A DNA stretch of 55,623 bases, taken from NCBI GenBank assembly GCA_017452895.1, contig JAFTLE010000007.1, positions 1 through 55,623 on the forward strand, written 5' to 3'. Positions within the stretch are counted from its first letter, which is position 1. Every line of letters starts with the position of its first letter. Both the position numbers and the translations under genes were made by a program. Below are positions 39,440 to 47,867 of this stretch, one piece after another. Below the pieces are notes generated by a model. It was not told the DNA's origin. It did not search any database and was given only the letters and a program-made list of their open reading frames with translations. The DNA comes from Clostridia bacterium (GTDB lineage Bacteria; Bacillota; Clostridia; Oscillospirales; CAG-272).

Positions 39440-40240
39440 ATGAGAATTGTAACGGTTGGCGGTGATGCACGCATCGTGTACGCCGCTGAATGCTTTGCGG
39501 CAGAGGGACACGCGGTATCCCTCCTTTGCCCTGCCATCCCCTCGCCACTGCCCACTGCCGACACCGCGGACGGTGCGGAGCTGATCCTGCTCCCAATGCC
39601 CCTGACGCGTGACGGTGTAACGGTCACGACCGCAAAGGGAAGAGGGATCCCCCTCAGGGAGCTGTCCGCGCTTGACTGCGTTCTGCTCGCAGGCGGCGGC
39701 GCATCGCCCTTCGACGCGTCGCTTCCTTATTATAATTATGCCGCCGATCCGACCCTCGTTGCGGAAAATGCCCGCCTGACCGCCCTCGGCACGCTCGATG
39801 CGTGGGGGACGCTCGGGGAGGAGGTTGCCGTCCTTTGTGTCGGCTACGGCTACGTCGGCGCGGCGTTGGCACGCGCCGCACGCGATCACGGATATCGCGT
39901 CTACGTCGCCGCGCGGCGGCGAGAGGTGCGCGAGCGTGCGGAGCAGGACGGCTTTTGCTCGCTTGCCATCAACGAGCTACCGCCGTGCGAGCTGCCGCTG
40001 TTCGTTTGTAACAGCGTCCCCGCGCCGATCCACACCGCCGATTTTTTTAAGCGGTTGCCCAAATACTCCCGCTACTACGAGCTTGCAAGTCCACCGGGTG
40101 GTATCTGCCCCGAGACCGATCACGGAGTGATTCCGATCCACGCGCTCCCGGGGATCCCCGGAAAGTACGCGCCAAGGGAGGCGGGGCGGATTATCTACAC
40201 ATCCGTCAAGTCCTTCCTCAGCGCTCGAGGTTTTTTATGA
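39440..40240 (+). CDS. dpaA: Dipicolinate synthase subunit A (SpoVFA)
   Basis: VGGDAR, LILLPMP, NARLTA, VGYGYVG, NSVPA, ELASPPGG, LPGIPGKYAP; upstream of dpaB. Confidence 0.85.
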   Translation: MRIVTVGGDARIVYAAECFAAEGHAVSLLCPAIPSPLPTADTADGAELILLPMPLTRDGVTVTTAKGRGIPLRELSALDCVLLAGGGASPFDASLPYYNYAADPTLVAENARLTALGTLDAWGTLGEEVAVLCVGYGYVGAALARAARDHGYRVYVAARRREVRERAEQDGFCSLAINELPPCELPLFVCNSVPAPIHTADFFKRLPKYSRYYELASPPGGICPETDHGVIPIHALPGIPGKYAPREAGRIIYTSVKSFLSARGFL

Positions 40241-40797
40241 TTGGATACGCATTTTGCGGCTCTTTTTGCACGCTTTCCCACTCGCTTGCCGCCCTACGCC
40301 GCCTGACCGCAGACGGAGAGGAGGTCCAGCCCATCGTCAGCGAAACCGTCTTCAGCACCGATACGCGCTTCTGGCGCGCCGCGGAATTTGTCCGCACCGT
40401 TGAGGAGCTTTGCGGAAGACCCGTCATCCACACGGTCGTCGCCGCCGAGCCGCTCGGCCCCGCGATGCCGCTTGAGGCACTCGTCATCTCGCCCTGCACG
40501 GGCAATACCCTCGCTAAGATCGCGCGCGGGATCACCGATTCCTCGGTCACCATGGCGGCAAAGGCGCATCTGCGGTGCGACCGCCCGCTTCTGCTCGCCC
40601 CCGCCTCCAACGATTCTATGTCGGCAAATCTTTCAAACGTCGCAACCCTTCTTTTGCGTAAGGAGGTCTACTTCGTCCCGATGCGGCAGGATGACCCCCT
40701 CAAAAAGCCGCACTCGCTCGTCGCCGACTTTACCTGCCTCTCGGACTGTCTCGCTGCCGCGCGGGAGGGGCGACAACGCCGCCCGCTGTTTTTGTGA
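40237..40797 (+). CDS. dpaB: Dipicolinate synthase subunit B (SpoVFB)
   Basis: IGYAFCGSFCT, AEPLGP, PCTGNTLAK, MAAKAHLR, YFVPMRQDDP.KKPHSL. Confidence 0.95.
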   Translation: MIGYAFCGSFCTLSHSLAALRRLTADGEEVQPIVSETVFSTDTRFWRAAEFVRTVEELCGRPVIHTVVAAEPLGPAMPLEALVISPCTGNTLAKIARGITDSSVTMAAKAHLRCDRPLLLAPASNDSMSANLSNVATLLLRKEVYFVPMRQDDPLKKPHSLVADFTCLSDCLAAAREGRQRRPLFL

Positions 40798-41028
40798 GGG
40801 CGGGCATCTTTGGGTAAAACCAAAAATGGCGAAAAGAGAGAAGGGAAATTCTATGAAACCTTGTAACCGTTTGAGAAAATCAAGGTTGAAATTCTAACGA
40901 ATTTCTCCCAAAGAGGTCAATGCCATTTTCTTTCGCCGTTTTCGGGACTCGACGTACCGAGTACGCCTCACGCCCCGAACAACGGCGAATTTTCCGCCAA
41001 ATCTGCGCAGCCCCCATCGCCCCTCACA
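40793..41028. repeat. Nested-palindrome intergenic element (MITE/REP-like)
   Basis: Outer TGTGAGGG/CCCTCACA inverted pair and several internal stems. Confidence 0.45.
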
Positions 41029-41156
41029 CTCCCCCAAAAGCCTTGCAAGGAAATTCTTGAAAATCAATCGTATTACGATTATACAAACAGCATTCCGTTG
41101 TTCAAATGTAATTGAAATACGATTATACTAATGATGAACAAGCAAGGGGGGGTGGT

Positions 41157-41477
41157 ATGATCGAAAAAGCGATTGGAAAACGGGTGCAGGAGTTTCGTAA
41201 GAAGAAGCATTTCACACAACAGGCGTTTGCGGAAATGCTCGGTATTTCGACAAATTATCTCTCGGCACTTGAAAGAGGGGTCTATAATATCAAAAATGAA
41301 ATGCTGGTGCAGATTATTAATCTGCTTGACTGTACCGCAGACGATCTGTTTTGCGACGTGATTGACAACGGCTACCGTGTCAGAGCCTCACGTTTGTCCG
41401 AGCAGATTGAAAAGCTGTCGCCCGAGGAACAGGCAAGGATTTTTGCCGTTGTCGAGGCAATGCTCAAAAACCAATAA
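41157..41477 (+). CDS. XRE-family transcriptional regulator
   Basis: IGKRVQEFRKKKHFTQQAFAEMLGISTNYLSALERG. Confidence 0.88.
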   Translation: MIEKAIGKRVQEFRKKKHFTQQAFAEMLGISTNYLSALERGVYNIKNEMLVQIINLLDCTADDLFCDVIDNGYRVRASRLSEQIEKLSPEEQARIFAVVEAMLKNQ

Positions 41478-41502
41478 AAATCTGCAATTTTGCAGATTTT
41501 TT
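41476..41502 (+). terminator. Intrinsic terminator
   Basis: AAAAATCTGCAA-TT-TTGCAGATTTTTT. Confidence 0.7.
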
Positions 41503-41595
41503 GTTTTCCCGCCTTATTCCAACAAAAATCGACAAGCAGAGCGTGATATACGAATCGCACAACGATTATACCAATCAAACAACGAGGGGGATTCT

Positions 41596-41831
41596 ATGAA
41601 GGAAAATCAAAAAAAGCGTGACAAGCTTGGGAGGGTTGTGATTCCAATAGAGATAGGAAAACCTTGGGATTAAAAGCGGGCGACCTGCTTTCGGTCTCTT
41701 TGGCGGGTGCGGAAATCGCACTCATTCCGTTACGACACACCTGCCGCCTGTGCAATCGATTGATTGAGACGCAAAAGCAGGATCTGCCGCTTTGCAAGGG
41801 TTGCATTGCTAAAATCAAAGCCTATTTATAA
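41596..41831 (+). pseudogene. AbrB-family regulator split by a 1-nt frameshift near 41655
   Basis: First frame MKENQKKRDKLGRVVIPIEI; -1 frame RKTLGLKAGDLLSV...TCRLC...LCKGCIAKIKAYL*; GAGGGGG RBS. Confidence 0.8.
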
Positions 41832-41834
41832 GAA

Positions 41835-41892
41835 AAAGCCGAAGCATTGGCGTGATACTCTTAACGGAGTATCACGCCAATGCTTCGGCTTT
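41835..41892. terminator. 26-bp perfect inverted repeat between convergent genes
   Basis: AAAGCCGAAGCATTGGCGTGATACTC-TTAACG-GAGTATCACGCCAATGCTTCGGCTTT. Confidence 0.7.
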
Positions 41893-41961
41893 CATAATTT
41901 ATCCCATTTTGAAGTTTTTCGGGCGCCTTTTTTCAAAAAGGCGCAAACGTCGGCGCAAACC

Positions 41962-42924
41962 TTAGAAGCGGGTGCGGTTATCCTTACCGACGAAGGGGAG
42001 CGGCTCAAACTCACCGAACAGGCGGCTGGTGATGCGGTCATCGTAGATCTCGCGCAGGGCTTGCGCGGTGAGATTCGTGCTGATGACGGTCGCGCGGCGG
42101 TGGTTGATGCGTGTATTGAGCAGATTATAAAGCACCGAGACCGAGAACTGATTGACAAGCTCGGTACCGAGGTCGTCAATGATGAGAAGCTCGCAATCGA
42201 AATACTTATCCGAGAGCGATTCGGTCTCATTTCTGCCGCTTTTGAAGCGATCGTACTCAAAATCCGAGAGGATATTCGGTGCGCTTTCGTAAAGCACGTC
42301 GAAGCCGCGCTCGATCACGCGGCGCGCAATGGCGGTGGACAGGTGCGTTTTTCCAAGCCCCGTCGTGCCGACGAGCAGAAGGTTGCCCGTTCCGTTCGGG
42401 AAATTCTCGGCAAAATCGCGCGCCCTGCCGTAGGTGGCGCGCATTCTTTCGTAATCGGCGGTATTATCCATATAGTAATCGAGCGAGAAATTCTCAAAGG
42501 ACTGCCGCTCGATCAGGCTGCCAAGCCCCGAGGTACGGAAGCCCTCCAGCACGAGTGCGCGGCGCATACAGTCGCAAAGTCGGGTCTCGATCACGCCCGT
42601 ATCCTTACAGAGCTTGCATTCGTAGGCGGGCTCGGTATAATCCGCGGGCAGCCCCAGCTTTTTGAGAAGCTCGGCACGCATCGCCTGCAGCTCAAGATTT
42701 TCTGCCTCTGCCGCCTGCAGACGCTCGCTGACGTTCTCGCCGCCCTCACAGGCGATACGGAAGAGCGAAAGTCCCGTACGGGAGAGGGCGCGGTCGATCT
42801 CTGCCGCCTCAGGACACTTTAGATGCAGCTGCTCGGTATGCGCGGCGGCAAGGTCAAGCGCGCGCTTGCGCTTGGTGTCGAACGCATCCCGCACGCGGCG
42901 GTAGTTTTCACTGTTAAAGCTCAT
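41962..42924 (-). CDS. DnaC/DnaI-like helicase-loader ATPase
   Basis: Zn motif CKLCKDTG..CDC; GTTGLGKTHLS; LLIIDDLGTE; ISTNL; DRITSRL. Confidence 0.9.
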   Translation of the reverse strand: MSFNSENYRRVRDAFDTKRKRALDLAAAHTEQLHLKCPEAAEIDRALSRTGLSLFRIACEGGENVSERLQAAEAENLELQAMRAELLKKLGLPADYTEPAYECKLCKDTGVIETRLCDCMRRALVLEGFRTSGLGSLIERQSFENFSLDYYMDNTADYERMRATYGRARDFAENFPNGTGNLLLVGTTGLGKTHLSTAIARRVIERGFDVLYESAPNILSDFEYDRFKSGRNETESLSDKYFDCELLIIDDLGTELVNQFSVSVLYNLLNTRINHRRATVISTNLTAQALREIYDDRITSRLFGEFEPLPFVGKDNRTRF

Positions 42925-43910
42925 CCCTTTTGCTCCTCTTCCTTTTTCTTGAACTTTTCATAGCTGCGCTGTACGGCGCGGTTGAAAAAGTCGTCGGTGT
43001 CAAAGTTACCCATCCGCGGCACACCGTTTTGCTTCGCCGACACGGGCTTTTTATATTTCTGCGCCTTCTCGGCACGCTCGCGCTCAAGGTGCGCCTCCGC
43101 CTCGGAAAGAGAGCGGACACCTGCGGCATGCCAATCGGCAAGGATCTTATGCGCGTAATGGATCGATGCCTTCCCCGAATTGTTGACGGTGATATCGTAG
43201 GCAAGCCCGATGACATCCTCACCGTATCCGAAGTCGGCAACCCACGCGGTCACGCGCTCGCTCTCCTTCTCGGTCAGCGTGCGCTCACCCAGACCGAACA
43301 GACGGCGAATCTTCCCCTCTGCCGAGTGAAAGAGATACTGTCTTTGTATGTAAGCATCGAGCGCCGACACGGTATGGATGCCGTTTTCGGTCAGTGTCTT
43401 TGCGACCCGCTCGGCATAGCGGTAGGACTTTTTCCCCATTGCGTAGCAGTAGGAAAAGAGGGTCAGGATAAAATCCGCCTCCAGCCCGCAGGCATCGAGC
43501 AGATACAGCACCGTCTCGATCTCGACCTTGCTTGGCATCTGTCCGTAAATGCGCGCGCACTCGGATAAAAGGGCGCGCAGATTGCCGTCCTCAATCCGCT
43601 GTGCGAGATATTCCGAGCTGCGATAGGGGTCGATCGGCTCGGGTGCCTTTTGCTTCGGCAGATCGGTATCACGCTGAGGCGTCGCACCCTTTTCGCTCAC
43701 AAGGACACCCGCCCCGCGCCAATAGGCGATCGCCGATGCCGCCTCGTCAGTCGAAAGACCCGCTGCCGCGGAAAGCTCCGCCGCCGTGCGGGCGGTATCC
43801 GAAAGGAGGGCGGCGCAAAGCAAGCGCAGCTCGGGCGCCTCTGCCTCCGCGAATGCGGGAAGCTCGGCGAGCGAGACCCCTTTTTTAAACTTAAAGCTTG
43901 CGTTTTTCAT
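42921..43910 (-). CDS. DnaD/DnaB_2-domain replication protein
   Basis: Two DnaB_2-like units (YAERVAKTL.ENGIHT; YAHKILADWHAAGVRS); coupled to the loader ATPase; start at ATG 43910. Confidence 0.85.
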   Translation of the reverse strand: MKNASFKFKKGVSLAELPAFAEAEAPELRLLCAALLSDTARTAAELSAAAGLSTDEAASAIAYWRGAGVLVSEKGATPQRDTDLPKQKAPEPIDPYRSSEYLAQRIEDGNLRALLSECARIYGQMPSKVEIETVLYLLDACGLEADFILTLFSYCYAMGKKSYRYAERVAKTLTENGIHTVSALDAYIQRQYLFHSAEGKIRRLFGLGERTLTEKESERVTAWVADFGYGEDVIGLAYDITVNNSGKASIHYAHKILADWHAAGVRSLSEAEAHLERERAEKAQKYKKPVSAKQNGVPRMGNFDTDDFFNRAVQRSYEKFKKKEEEQKG

Positions 43911-44589
43911 TGCTTTTCGAGGAAAGGGCGTAGCACAGCGCGAGCAGAGAATCACCCATATGCATATTTTCAATGATAACGTCGGGATCGTCGCTCTTGA
44001 GTGCCATATTCGAGAAATTCCAGATGCCGGGCACACCCGCTGAGGCAAGTCGGTGCGCGATTTCCTCCGCGGCATCCTTCGGCGTCGTCAGAACGCCGAT
44101 CTCCACGCGGTTGCTCGCGCAAAATTCCTCAAGGCTATCAATATGGTAAACGGGCACGCCCGAGAAGGACTGCCCGACCAGCTCCTCCGCCACGTCAAAC
44201 ATCGCAAGACGGGTCACGCCGCGACGCTCAAACATATGGCTAGAAACGAGCGCGCGTCCGAGATTGCCCGCGCCCACGATGATCGCCTGATAGCCCTCGT
44301 TCACGCCCAGCAGCTCGCTGATCTGCGTGTAAAGATACCCAACGTTATAGCCGTAGCCCTGCTGACCGAAGGAGCCGAAGCAGTTCAGATCCTGACGGAT
44401 CTGCGATGCGGTCACGCCCATCATACCGGCAAGCGCCAGCGAGCTGATGCGGCTCGTCCCCTGTGCAAGAAGCTCACCGAGATAGCGGTGATAATGCGGC
44501 AAGCGGCGAATGACGGCGGCAGGCACGGCAAGCTCCGCCGACGGCTTTTCGCTTGTCGAAAATTGTTGGTTTTTCAGGTCTTTTTTCAA
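43891..44589 (-). CDS. rex: Redox-sensing transcriptional repressor Rex
   Basis: VIRRLPHYHRYL, SQIRQDLNCFGSFGQQGYGY, GAGNLGRAL, GIWNF. Confidence 0.95.
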   Translation of the reverse strand: MKKDLKNQQFSTSEKPSAELAVPAAVIRRLPHYHRYLGELLAQGTSRISSLALAGMMGVTASQIRQDLNCFGSFGQQGYGYNVGYLYTQISELLGVNEGYQAIIVGAGNLGRALVSSHMFERRGVTRLAMFDVAEELVGQSFSGVPVYHIDSLEEFCASNRVEIGVLTTPKDAAEEIAHRLASAGVPGIWNFSNMALKSDDPDVIIENMHMGDSLLALCYALSSKSNEKRKL

Positions 44590-44625
44590 AACAGTAATCC
44601 TCTTATATATCGCGATAAATCAGAC

Positions 44626-44722
44626 TTTTCCACAGCTACGAACACTGTCCCACACGGTTTTCCACCGTTTCAACACGAGTTTTCCACATCTTTTTCCGTT
44701 CTGTGGAAAAGGGTGTGGATTA
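44626..44722. promoter_or_regulatory. Cluster of about 7 DnaA-box-like 9-mers
   Basis: TTTTCCACA (44626, 44680), TGTCCCACA (44646), TTTTCCACC (44658), GTTTCAACA (44667), TGTGGAAAA (44702), TGTGGATTA (44714). Confidence 0.8.
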
Positions 44723-45799
44723 AAAATCAGCGGCACACGCATTGAGACTGCTGTCGCCGAATGCACCCTTCAGGGCAGCAAAATAACCCGCGGCGGCGAT
44801 CATTGCGGCGTTGTCACCGCAAAGCGACGGCGGGGGTACGAAGAAGCCGCGATGGAGTTTTTCGGTCAGCACCGAAAGGCGGTGGCGCAGGTGTGAGTTG
44901 GCGGCAACACCGCCGCACAGCACGAGGTCGCAGTCGGGATAGGCGGTAAGCACGGCCGACAGATGTGTTGCGACCGCCTCGACCGCCTCAAAGGTATAGC
45001 GCGCGGCAAACGCGGCAAGCGGTAGGGGTATCGCCTGCTGCTCAAAGCGGTGGAGCAGATTGATTGCCGCGGTCTTGAGTCCCGAGAAGGAAAAATCGTA
45101 GGAGCCGTCCGTGAGGGCGGGCGAGGGCAGCTTCAGCTGTGGGTCACGCCGCGCCGCACTCTTGGCGTACGCTGCAAAATAATTTTCGGTGTCGCCGACC
45201 GTCTCTGTAAATCCCTCCCGCGCAAGCGCGTCGAAGCCCGCCCCCGCAGGGTAGGGGATGCCGATCAGTCTGCCGATCTTATCAAACGCCTCCCCCATCG
45301 CATCGTCACGCGTCGAGCCGATGAGCGTATGCTCGGTATAACTCGTCACGTGATAGATCGAGGTATGTCCGCCCGAAACGACAAGCGCGATAAAGGGCGG
45401 CTTCGGCGGCGTATATCCGTCACGCGCAAGATACGCGGCGGCAATATGCCCCTTGATATGGTCAACGGGTATGATTGGAAGATGCGCGTTCACCGCGAGC
45501 GATTTTGCAAAATTCACGCCGCATAAAAGTGCTCCAATCAGCCCGGGATGGTCGGTCACGGCAAGGCCGTCAAGCAAACCAAGCGACACGCCCGCCTGCT
45601 CAAGCGCGGCGTAGGTAATGCGCGAGAGCGCCTCTACGTGCGCGCGGCTTGCGATCTCAGGCACGACGCCGCCGTAAAGACGGTGCACGTCGACCTGCGA
45701 GGCAACAATATTCGATAAAATCCGAATCTCTGAGCCCTCAGCCAGAACGACGGCGGCGGCGGTCTCGTCGCAGGAGCTTTCGATGGCAAGTAGTCGCAT
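44720..45799 (-). CDS. tsaD: tRNA N6-threonylcarbamoyltransferase TsaD
   Basis: LAIESSCDETAAA, GGVVPEIASRAH, HIKGH, SGGHT, DDAMGEAFDK, FSFSGLKT, DNAAMIA. Confidence 0.97.
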   Translation of the reverse strand: MRLLAIESSCDETAAAVVLAEGSEIRILSNIVASQVDVHRLYGGVVPEIASRAHVEALSRITYAALEQAGVSLGLLDGLAVTDHPGLIGALLCGVNFAKSLAVNAHLPIIPVDHIKGHIAAAYLARDGYTPPKPPFIALVVSGGHTSIYHVTSYTEHTLIGSTRDDAMGEAFDKIGRLIGIPYPAGAGFDALAREGFTETVGDTENYFAAYAKSAARRDPQLKLPSPALTDGSYDFSFSGLKTAAINLLHRFEQQAIPLPLAAFAARYTFEAVEAVATHLSAVLTAYPDCDLVLCGGVAANSHLRHRLSVLTEKLHRGFFVPPPSLCGDNAAMIAAAGYFAALKGAFGDSSLNACAADF

Positions 45800-45801
45800 A
45801 C

Positions 45802-46251
45802 TCAATCCTCCCCGAGTGTCAGCTTCATCAAAACGGCATCCTCGTTCGGAGCCTTGTAGTAGTTGCGCCGCACGCCGTATTCGGCAAAGCCGAAGGAGCG
45901 ATAAAGCCCCTGCGCGGCAGAATTAGAGGCGCGCACCTCAATGAAAAGCTCCTCGACATTTGCCGCGCGTGCGGTTTTTAAAAATGCAGAGAGCAGAGCG
46001 CGCGCAAGGCCGCGGCGGCGGTATGCGGGTAAAACGGCAACGCGGTAAATCTCCCCCTCGGGGGCAAGGAGCGACCCCGTCAGCGACCCCACGGGAACGC
46101 CGTCGGCGGTCAGCAGGAGCGCGACCGAGCAAACGCCGTCAAGATGACTGTCCATCGCGGCAGGACTCCACGCGTCGGAAAAGACCGACGCCTCGATTTC
46201 TGCGAGGATCTCTGCATCCTTTTTTGTCGCAACGTAAACTTCAGTTTGCAT
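45802..46251 (-). CDS. rimI: RimI-like GNAT acetyltransferase
   Basis: VAVLPAYRRRGLA, IEVRASNSAAQGLY, RRNYY..EDAVLM; start at ATG 46251. Confidence 0.85.
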   Translation of the reverse strand: MQTEVYVATKKDAEILAEIEASVFSDAWSPAAMDSHLDGVCSVALLLTADGVPVGSLTGSLLAPEGEIYRVAVLPAYRRRGLARALLSAFLKTARAANVEELFIEVRASNSAAQGLYRSFGFAEYGVRRNYYKAPNEDAVLMKLTLGED

Positions 46252-46726
46252 TTTCGCCCTCCAATGCCGACAGAATATCGGCAAGAGCAGCAGAATAGGT
46301 GGCAAGATCGCCACCATAAGGGTCGGCAATATCCCCAAGCGTGCGGATGCGCGCGGCATACTGCGGCGCGGCAGTAAGAAGCGCCATCGCGTGCGAGGGA
46401 CTGATCGCGACGATCTCGTCCATCTCACCCAGCATCGTCAGCGTTACGGGTGTCGCCACGTGCGCCTTGTAATCGTTGTCGGGCGTTGACGGGATCCCCG
46501 CCGCCTCAAGTGCCAGGATCGCGTTTTGCGAGATCGGCTCACCCGCGAATGCGGCAAGCCCCGCGCTGTATGCGCGGCGGTGAGCTCCGCGGTTTTTGTG
46601 GTTATATACCGCCGCTGCCATCGGCGAGCGACAAGTGTTGCCCGTACAAACGAACAGCACGCGATGGAGCTTTTCCCCATCCTCGGTTTTCTGCAGTACG
46701 GGTGCGGTATCGGTCAGACTTGCCAT
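46241..46726 (-). CDS. Low-molecular-weight protein phosphatase (YwlE/arginine-phosphatase-like)
   Basis: VLFVCTGNTCRSPMA P-loop, SAG, DIADPYGG. Confidence 0.9.
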   Translation of the reverse strand: MASLTDTAPVLQKTEDGEKLHRVLFVCTGNTCRSPMAAAVYNHKNRGAHRRAYSAGLAAFAGEPISQNAILALEAAGIPSTPDNDYKAHVATPVTLTMLGEMDEIVAISPSHAMALLTAAPQYAARIRTLGDIADPYGGDLATYSAALADILSALEGENAN

Positions 46727-47604
46727 CAGAGCTCCTTAACGAACTCCTTGAGGTACGCACGGAAATCCGCGCCGACCTCGGGATGGTCGATCCCCTTCAC
46801 GACGTTTGCCATCAGAAATCCGAGCTTCGAGCCGAGATCGTAGCGCGTGCCCTCAAACTCCAGCGCGGTTACACCGCTCTGACGGGCAACCATCGCCATT
46901 GCGTCGGTCAGCTGAATCTCACCGCCCGCACCGGGGGCAAGGTTGTCGATCAGATCGAAGATCGAGGGCTCGAGAAGCACGCGGCCAAGGATCGAAAGGT
47001 TGGAAAACTCCTTCCCGGGCGCGGGCTTCTCGATCATATCGTCGCAGAAATATGCGTTGTTCTCAATATGCTCGACCTTCAGGGAACAATATTTGCGGAC
47101 CTGCTCCATCGGTACGGGCTTGACACCGACCACGGGGCGGCCGTATTTTTCATAGGTGTCGATCAGCTGACGGCAAACGGGCACCTCGGAGAAGATGATG
47201 TCGTCACCGTATAAAACGACGAACGGCTCGTCCCCGACAAAGCTCCGCGCGCGGCCGATGGCGTGCCCCAGCCCCTTTGCCTCCTTCTGGCGCAGGAAGT
47301 ATACGTTCGCCTGATCGCAGATGCCGTGCAGCTGCGATACGATCGTATCCTTACCGCCTGCCGTCAGGCGTGCGTCGTATTCGGGCGAATAGTCGAAAAA
47401 GTCCTCGATCGCGCCCTTCTCACGGTTGGTAATGATGAGGATCTCCTCGATTCCGCTGTCGACCGCCTCCTTAACGAGGTGCGAGATGGCGGGCATATCC
47501 ACGATCGGGAGCATTTCCTTCGGCACGGCTCTCGAAATAGGGAGCATACGGGTACCAAGTCCCGCGGCGGGAATGATCGCGCGGCGTATTCTTTGATTTC
47601 TCAT
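46726..47604 (-). CDS. galU: UTP-glucose-1-phosphate uridylyltransferase
   Basis: AIIPAAGLGTRMLP..VPKEMLPI, RQKEAKGLGHA, EKP, EIQLTDA. Confidence 0.93.
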   Translation of the reverse strand: MRNQRIRRAIIPAAGLGTRMLPISRAVPKEMLPIVDMPAISHLVKEAVDSGIEEILIITNREKGAIEDFFDYSPEYDARLTAGGKDTIVSQLHGICDQANVYFLRQKEAKGLGHAIGRARSFVGDEPFVVLYGDDIIFSEVPVCRQLIDTYEKYGRPVVGVKPVPMEQVRKYCSLKVEHIENNAYFCDDMIEKPAPGKEFSNLSILGRVLLEPSIFDLIDNLAPGAGGEIQLTDAMAMVARQSGVTALEFEGTRYDLGSKLGFLMANVVKGIDHPEVGADFRAYLKEFVKEL

Positions 47605-47704
47605 TGTTTTTGTCCTCTTTTTCGTTTTTCTTCGTATAATTTCGGCGAAAAAAGCATCGCCGATCCAAGATGCGTATTCTTATCCACTTTGTTTCTACTA
47701 TATT

Positions 47705-47733
47705 ATTATAATATATCTTTCCGCAATAGTCAA
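47705..47733 (-). promoter_or_regulatory. Sigma-A promoter of the galU operon
   Basis: TTGACT-17 bp-TATAAT. Confidence 0.75.
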
Positions 47734-47763
47734 GAAAATCTTTTTTCGGGCAAGAGATACAGT

Positions 47764-47792
47764 GGCTGTCTCAAATGAAATTTGAGACAGCC
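47764..47792. repeat. GGCTGTCTCAAA palindrome (second copy)
   Basis: GGCTGTCTCAAA-TGAAA-TTTGAGACAGCC; stem identical to 21281-21309. Confidence 0.8.
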
Positions 47793-47867
47793 CCTGCTGT
47801 TTGATATTGGGCTCGTCAGATTTCGCGAAAAATTCGTTGGTTTCAATCCAAAAAAGCGACAACGCTT

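Noticed and set aside
38424-43910. Prophage or IS21 remnant (CI-like repressor, XRE, DnaD, IstB-like ATPase)
   Set aside because: No integrase, istA or structural genes; dpaAB is interspersed; the dnaD/dnaC-like pair is coupled to rex and looks chromosomal.
44590-44722. Second replication origin
   Set aside because: No clear DnaA-trio run or extended AT-rich unwinding element; a titration or regulatory cluster is more plausible, though this cannot be fully excluded.
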